From a virus (taxonomy: Duplodnaviria > Caudoviricetes): DNA of 47,763 bases. Location: positions 1 to 47,763 of IMG/VR virus record IMGVR_UViG_3300034088_000016. One strand, 5' to 3'. The translations under genes and the position numbers were made by a program. Below are positions 42,972 through 47,763 of this stretch, piece after piece. Every line of letters begins with the position of its first letter. The stretch's first letter is position 1. The notes under the pieces were generated by a model. It had not been told where the DNA came from. It saw only the letters and a list, made by a program, of their open reading frames with translations, and did no database searches.

Positions 42972-43682
42972 TCAGCCTCCAGCGGGTTGGACCGGCAGCC
43001 GGCTGGTGGTGGCCAGCACGGAGTTGGGTGTATCTACCACAGGTTGGGAGGGCTTGGCGCTCTTGGCCAGCTCAGCGTCCAGGTACTTGCCGAAGAGGTC
43101 ACGGGTCTTGGGGGACTGGTGGCTCTGGAGGAATCGGGCCACAGACATGCCCTTGGTCAGCTTGAGCAGAGCCTGGTGAGCGGCCTTGGCAAACTTCGCT
43201 TCTTCCTCGTCCCCAGACTCGCCTGGCACCGCGTAGCCCATCGCCTTGGCGAAGTAGAGCGGCATCGCCGTCTTGGGGTTGGTGCCGGGACGGGAGGGCG
43301 AGTTCATCTGGCCCTGGAGCGTGGGCCCCTTGGCGCCCTTGGTGGCGGGGAGCTGGGCCTGGACCTGGGTGGCGACGCGCTGAGGGTTCACACGCATCTG
43401 GGCCTCGGCTTGGTCTCGCTTTTGGCGCCACGCGGCGTCCGCAGGAGGCGCCGGCAGCGGCGGGGTGAGCTTGGAGGGCTGATCGGCCATCATGCCCAGG
43501 TCGCTGTTCTGCCAGTCGCGCAGCCAGGAGCTGGGAGATGCTGGTGGCGGCAGCGAGCTATCCATCTCCGGCAGCGCAGGCGGGAGCATGGGAGCGTCAC
43601 CCAAGGCGCTCAGGTCGCCTCTGTATCCGCCCATGTCGGCATCACTCCCTTCGGAGCCGATGCGGATGCCGGAGCCGCCCAT
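42972..43682 (-). CDS. Putative internal virion/ejection protein (236 aa)
   Basis: Pro-rich; TAATG coupling; position after ejection genes. Confidence 0.5.
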   Translation of the reverse strand: MGGSGIRIGSEGSDADMGGYRGDLSALGDAPMLPPALPEMDSSLPPPASPSSWLRDWQNSDLGMMADQPSKLTPPLPAPPADAAWRQKRDQAEAQMRVNPQRVATQVQAQLPATKGAKGPTLQGQMNSPSRPGTNPKTAMPLYFAKAMGYAVPGESGDEEEAKFAKAAHQALLKLTKGMSVARFLQSHQSPKTRDLFGKYLDAELAKSAKPSQPVVDTPNSVLATTSRLPVQPAGG

Positions 43683-45016
43683 TACTGATCTCCCTCGCCC
43701 GGGAAAATGGAGCTGGGGCTGTTGGACGGGTAGCCAGTAGGAATGTCCGGGCCGGTGCCTGGCTGACCTACCTGCTGCGCCGCTTCCGGATACGCGCGCT
43801 CGTACATCTGCGCCTTGCGCCGAGCGATGTAGTAGACGATTTGCGCGCCTGCAATGGTATCCGCGAGCGAGAGCTGGCCCCCCGCGATGATGTTGGCCTG
43901 TGCCAGCTCGTGACTGCTCAGCGCCGATCCGTAGCGCGAGTGGATGAACGTGGACAGCTCCGCGGTGAGCTGGCGCTTGAACTCGCGCTGAGAGAAGGAC
44001 AGAGCCTCGTCCGCGCCCGTCTTGATGGCCGACTCTGCGAAGCGCCCGAACAGAGGCAGGTTGCTCACCACCTCAGCAATGCGCCGCTGCGTGTAGTCGG
44101 CCTGGGTGCCCATGATTTCTGGATTGGCCATGCCTTGCTGGATCAGGCCCCCCAATCCCGAGGTCACCTCCAGCGATGGGCCGGCGCCCTTCAGGTAGTT
44201 CTCCACACGTCGTGTGCCGAGATTGCCCTGGTTGACGCCTACTTGAGCCCAACGGGCTGCGGTATTGGACCGCTTCTGCTCATCCATGAACGGCATGTTG
44301 GCTGTGGTGGCGCGCGTCGCCTCGGTACGAGCGTCGCGGCCGGGCTGCATCCCGAGCCGGTTACGCGTCGTCTCGGCCAAGCGATCCACGTTGAGCAGGT
44401 AGTTCAGCTCGCCCAGGTCGCCCCTGCGGTCCTTCTGCACCATCCCCGCACCCTGCATCAGCATCGGCAGGTCCTTGTTGAGGATGGGGGGCTGGGCCTG
44501 GGAGTAGAAGTCGCCGCCCGTCGCCGGGTCGCTCATCAGGGGCATGGAGCCGCGCTGGGGGGGCGGCGGCGCGCGGCCCACCACAGTCTCCTCCATCGGG
44601 GCCAGGCCTAGTGACTCGGAAGATGGCGGCGCACCCCCCATCGAGGAGCGCATCGAGCCGCGCATGCCGGCGCCCTCTCCAGGGTCGAGAGCGCTCACGT
44701 CGTCGGGCTGGTTGGTGATGTCCTGTACGCGGCCCCGGAGCCGGCGCGGTGCGGCGGGAGCCGGGTAGGGCTCCATCGTCTGGGATGCCGCTGAGGGCTG
44801 CGATGCTGGTGCTCCCGAGCCCTGGCGCTGCAAGGCGAGCTTGGTCTCGGCCGAGACGCGGCTGGGATCCTCGCCCGCGTAGATGCGGCGCAAGGCGCTG
44901 ACGATGAGCGGATGCGCAGGGCTCAACCCCTCAGCCACCTTGGCAGCAGCGCCGACGCCCTGGCCGATCTGGCTGAGGTAGTCAGGCTGCTGGTAGTCGA
45001 GACGCGGGAGGGCCAT
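43682..45016 (-). CDS. Putative internal virion/ejection protein (444 aa)
   Basis: Start MALPRLDYQQPDYLSQIGQG via TGATG coupling; low-complexity N-half, helical C-half. Confidence 0.6.
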   Translation of the reverse strand: MALPRLDYQQPDYLSQIGQGVGAAAKVAEGLSPAHPLIVSALRRIYAGEDPSRVSAETKLALQRQGSGAPASQPSAASQTMEPYPAPAAPRRLRGRVQDITNQPDDVSALDPGEGAGMRGSMRSSMGGAPPSSESLGLAPMEETVVGRAPPPPQRGSMPLMSDPATGGDFYSQAQPPILNKDLPMLMQGAGMVQKDRRGDLGELNYLLNVDRLAETTRNRLGMQPGRDARTEATRATTANMPFMDEQKRSNTAARWAQVGVNQGNLGTRRVENYLKGAGPSLEVTSGLGGLIQQGMANPEIMGTQADYTQRRIAEVVSNLPLFGRFAESAIKTGADEALSFSQREFKRQLTAELSTFIHSRYGSALSSHELAQANIIAGGQLSLADTIAGAQIVYYIARRKAQMYERAYPEAAQQVGQPGTGPDIPTGYPSNSPSSIFPGEGDQ

Positions 45017-45741
45017 CAGTAGCCGCCTCCAGGCTTGAACGTTGGAGGAGGGGCGCCGGAGCCGCCGATCTGGGAGCCGATGCCAGAGCCGAGCTGCCAT
45101 CCTGCGGCGCCGCCGGCAGGGCCCCCCAGCGCGAACCCGCCCAGGGCGCCCAACCCGCCGCCAATCAGCCCGCCGAAGCCCTGGTTTTGGCCCTGCTTCC
45201 ACTTCCACAGGTCCATCGCGTTCGTGTACTTGTCCTTGGACACGTCGTAGTTGAAGTCGCGCTGGTTGTTGGCCTGGCCCGTCACCATCCCCAGCGCGTT
45301 CATCGCCATGCCCTTCTTCTGCATCGCCAGCGGTGCCTGGGCCTTGAACATCGCCTGCTCAGCCAGGTTGTTGGAGTAGGGACCAAAGAGGCCCTGGTTG
45401 TTGGCGTCCTGGAGCGTTCCGGCCCGGATGGAGTTGAGGAGGAGCTTGTTCTCCGGCGCTTCCGGGTCCCATGGCATGTTCATCTCGTCAAAGAACTTCT
45501 GGAGCTGCGCCATGAGCGCGTCGTTCTTGTCCTTGTCGGTCGCCTCGCTGGTGGAGGAGCGGATGTCCGATGGGCCCATCGTCGCCCGTGGCGTACTGCG
45601 CGCGAGCGGATCCTTCGCGCCGCTGCGGGGCGTGGAGGATGCCCCAGTAGGGCCGGCGCCGAAGACCTTCTGGCCTCCAGCGCTCCAGTTGCGTGGGTCC
45701 CACCAAGCGCCAGGGTCAATCTGGTCGATTCCGCCAGCCAT
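45016..45741 (-). CDS. DNA ejection (pilot-like) protein with glycine-zipper C-terminus
   Basis: GFGGLIGGGLGALGGFALGGPAGGAAGWQLGSGIG. Confidence 0.65.
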   Translation of the reverse strand: MAGGIDQIDPGAWWDPRNWSAGGQKVFGAGPTGASSTPRSGAKDPLARSTPRATMGPSDIRSSTSEATDKDKNDALMAQLQKFFDEMNMPWDPEAPENKLLLNSIRAGTLQDANNQGLFGPYSNNLAEQAMFKAQAPLAMQKKGMAMNALGMVTGQANNQRDFNYDVSKDKYTNAMDLWKWKQGQNQGFGGLIGGGLGALGGFALGGPAGGAAGWQLGSGIGSQIGGSGAPPPTFKPGGGY

Positions 45742-45742
45742 A

Positions 45743-46339
45743 TCAGGAGTCCATCACCAGCACCGAGAAGGCCGCATCCGTGGCGGCGCCTGTGGTGTCG
45801 GTGTAGCAGCGGATGGTGATCTGCGGAGCCGCGGTGGCGAGCCCGTTGGTGACGCAGTGCACGTTGACCGTGCCCGAGCCGGGGATGGCCAGGAAGTTGG
45901 CGTTGGCCGGCGTGTAGCTGAGCGTCACCGTGTACACCCCGGCACCCGTACGGGCGATGGCGGACACCTGGCTGGAGTCGGCCACGGTGCAGGGAGTGGC
46001 GCCGCACGCGGCCGAGCCGACGTAGCCCCACGCCTTCGGGACCAGCGCCGGAGTGGCCAGCTTGCTGTGGGCGATGGCCGCGTTGCTCGCCACGTCGGTG
46101 TTGGTGAGGGTGACGCCGCCGCCCACCTTGGTGGTGTTGAGGAAGGTGAAGTTGCCATTGAGGTCGGTGGCGCGCAGCACGTCCCCAGTGCCCCAGACAT
46201 GCAGGGCTCCGACGCTCATGGCTCGGAGCATGGACAGCGGCGACGCGAGCGCCTGCTTGGGGATGCACAGGAACAGGGACGACAACGCGATGAGCACGAT
46301 GCCGAGGATGACTTCGAGAGTGGTTGCCTTCTTCATCAT
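45743..46339 (-). CDS. Short tail fibre with signal peptide (198 aa)
   Basis: Signal ending ALA; WGTGDVLRATDLNGNF anchor-like motif; PKAWG..RTGAGVYTVT head domain. Confidence 0.75.
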   Translation of the reverse strand: MMKKATTLEVILGIVLIALSSLFLCIPKQALASPLSMLRAMSVGALHVWGTGDVLRATDLNGNFTFLNTTKVGGGVTLTNTDVASNAAIAHSKLATPALVPKAWGYVGSAACGATPCTVADSSQVSAIARTGAGVYTVTLSYTPANANFLAIPGSGTVNVHCVTNGLATAAPQITIRCYTDTTGAATDAAFSVLVMDS

Positions 46340-46352
46340 GGGTTCGAGATCC

Positions 46353-47763
46353 TCATGGGGTCCTCGGGAGCACTTCCATGTTAGCTGCGATGCCGTAGAT
46401 CTCCCAGTCGGAGATGCCCTTCTTGAACTGGGCCGTACCTGAGGCGCTGACCGCAGGCGCCGCGGTGCCGTCGCCAGTCTGCACTACCGTGAGTGTCGTT
46501 TCAAAACCGTAGATGCCGCCCAGCAAGCGCCGGCACGCGGTGAGCTGTGCCGCCGTGGCGTAAGCATTCACCACGTTGGTGTTGGCGTCGAAGTTGATGA
46601 CGAAGTTGGACTGGCCCGGGTCCAGCAGGTCGTCAAAGCTGAGCACACCCGACGCCAGAGAGACCTGGCAGCCGAAGGCGTTGAGCGCCGACTGCACACT
46701 GCCGTGGCTGGTGCCCGCGGAGTCGTAGGCGAGTGCGGCGGCAAGCGCAGTGAAGAGGGTGGATAGGGTGTACGTGCCTTGCGGCACCGTAGCGATGTAC
46801 TGGCTCGGCGTGACGTTGTAGGCGTTCGCGCCAAAGATGAACAGGTCGTTGACGCCCGTGATGATGGTGTAGCCGGCCGTGTCGTAGATGCGGAAGCGGT
46901 GGGTCTGTCCGGCGCGCCGCGTGGCCGGGTAGATGGCGGTCTTGATGGCGCGCCCGGTGACCGTGTTGCCCGTGGTATCCAGCGTGCTGGAGTCCAACCG
47001 GAAGGGGTCCGCGGCGCCGAGCCGCTTGGTGCGCGAGATGACCTGATCGCCGTCGTCAATCACGAAGTCGGCGGAGACGGTGAGGTCGTTGGAGGGGCGC
47101 AGGGAGAAGAGGACGCCATCGTTGATCTGGTCGCGCGCGGGGGCGAGCGCGTACTCCTTGGTGATCAGCTCGGCGGTCACCTCGGGGTCTACGTAGTCCT
47201 TGTCTGCGATGTAGGCCGCCCGTGCCGTCATGTCGCGAGTATCGGTTCCGTACTCGCCAACAACGCCAGTCAGCACCGACGCGGCGGTCTCCACCCGGTC
47301 TAGGTAGTACAGCTTGGAGTCCTTGCCAGCGCGGCCCTCCACCAGCATCCCCCAGGTCTGCGGCACGGGGGCTACACCAGCAGAGGCGCCCCCAAGGAAC
47401 TGCTGAGGCCCCCACCACTTCGCCTCGCGCCAGTCCTGAGGCAGACCCTCACGGAGATCGAGCCACCACTGGTCTCCTGGCGCCGAGGTCTCAGTCACCG
47501 ACTGGCCGGCGCCCCACACCGCGAGACGGTAGAAGCCGTCGAAGTAGGCAGCGCTCCAGCGGTACTGAAGCTGCGCAGGAGTCAGCTTGAGCGCTGGCTG
47601 GATCTTCTGCCCGATGCGATGCGGCAGCACGCCAGCAGCGAAGCACCACACGTCGTCCACGCCTGCCCAGATGATGCCGACCGGCGTGCGAGCTACGGTG
47701 TACTGGCCGGCGCAGCCGCAGTTCACCGAGATGCGCTGGATGGTGAGCGTGCTGGTGCCCCCC
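46353..47763 (-). CDS. Tail tube/nozzle protein, 3' part (allele B); 5' part at 1-1642
   Basis: Open from right end, in frame with the 1642 start through the terminal repeat. Confidence 0.75.
   Translation of the reverse strand, partial: GGTSTLTIQRISVNCGCAGQYTVARTPVGIIWAGVDDVWCFAAGVLPHRIGQKIQPALKLTPAQLQYRWSAAYFDGFYRLAVWGAGQSVTETSAPGDQWWLDLREGLPQDWREAKWWGPQQFLGGASAGVAPVPQTWGMLVEGRAGKDSKLYYLDRVETAASVLTGVVGEYGTDTRDMTARAAYIADKDYVDPEVTAELITKEYALAPARDQINDGVLFSLRPSNDLTVSADFVIDDGDQVISRTKRLGAADPFRLDSSTLDTTGNTVTGRAIKTAIYPATRRAGQTHRFRIYDTAGYTIITGVNDLFIFGANAYNVTPSQYIATVPQGTYTLSTLFTALAAALAYDSAGTSHGSVQSALNAFGCQVSLASGVLSFDDLLDPGQSNFVINFDANTNVVNAYATAAQLTACRRLLGGIYGFETTLTVVQTGDGTAAPAVSASGTAQFKKGISDWEIYGIAANMEVLPRTP
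46940..47763 (+). repeat. Terminal direct repeat copy B
   Basis: Same alignment as copy A. Confidence 0.95.

Larger units (their letters stand above)
1..47763. mobile_element. Near-complete tailed bacteriophage genome (podovirus-like), circularly permuted
   Basis: TerL, portal, scaffold, capsid, tail and replication genes; ends overlap by 824 nt; no host housekeeping genes seen. Confidence 0.95.

Overview
The window is an essentially complete, high-GC tailed phage genome of podovirus type, about 46.9 kb unique. The first 824 nt recur at 46940-47763 as a second, internally diverged allele, so the sequence circularises through the tail tube/nozzle gene. The minus strand carries the late module: HTH regulator, TerS, TerL, portal, scaffold, N4-gp56-like major capsid protein, three small basic proteins, adaptor, tail proteins, ejection proteins and a holin-like gene. 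The plus strand carries short early genes and a replication module: AAA helicase, HU, SNF2, PD-(D/E)xK nuclease, HNH, Sak4-like ATPase, Dam-type MTase, SSB-like protein, MazG and a UDG-fused family A polymerase. I recognised no integrase, primase, sigma factor or endolysin. Most unusual signals: (1) five tail-module proteins begin with Sec-type signal peptides and have even cysteine counts in their mature parts; (2) a 28-nt bipartite motif GCGAC-N14-YGKGTCTTA occurs ten times ahead of early genes, several leaderless; (3) the polymerase is split by a coupled 86-aa ORF and has atypical catalytic motifs; (4) three small basic proteins share a C-terminal motif with the scaffold; (5) several structured non-coding segments exist, including a duplicated promoter-proximal leader and a tRNA-Leu-like gene with a 5-nt anticodon loop. 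All calls are by-eye motif recognition; no searches or folding programs were run.
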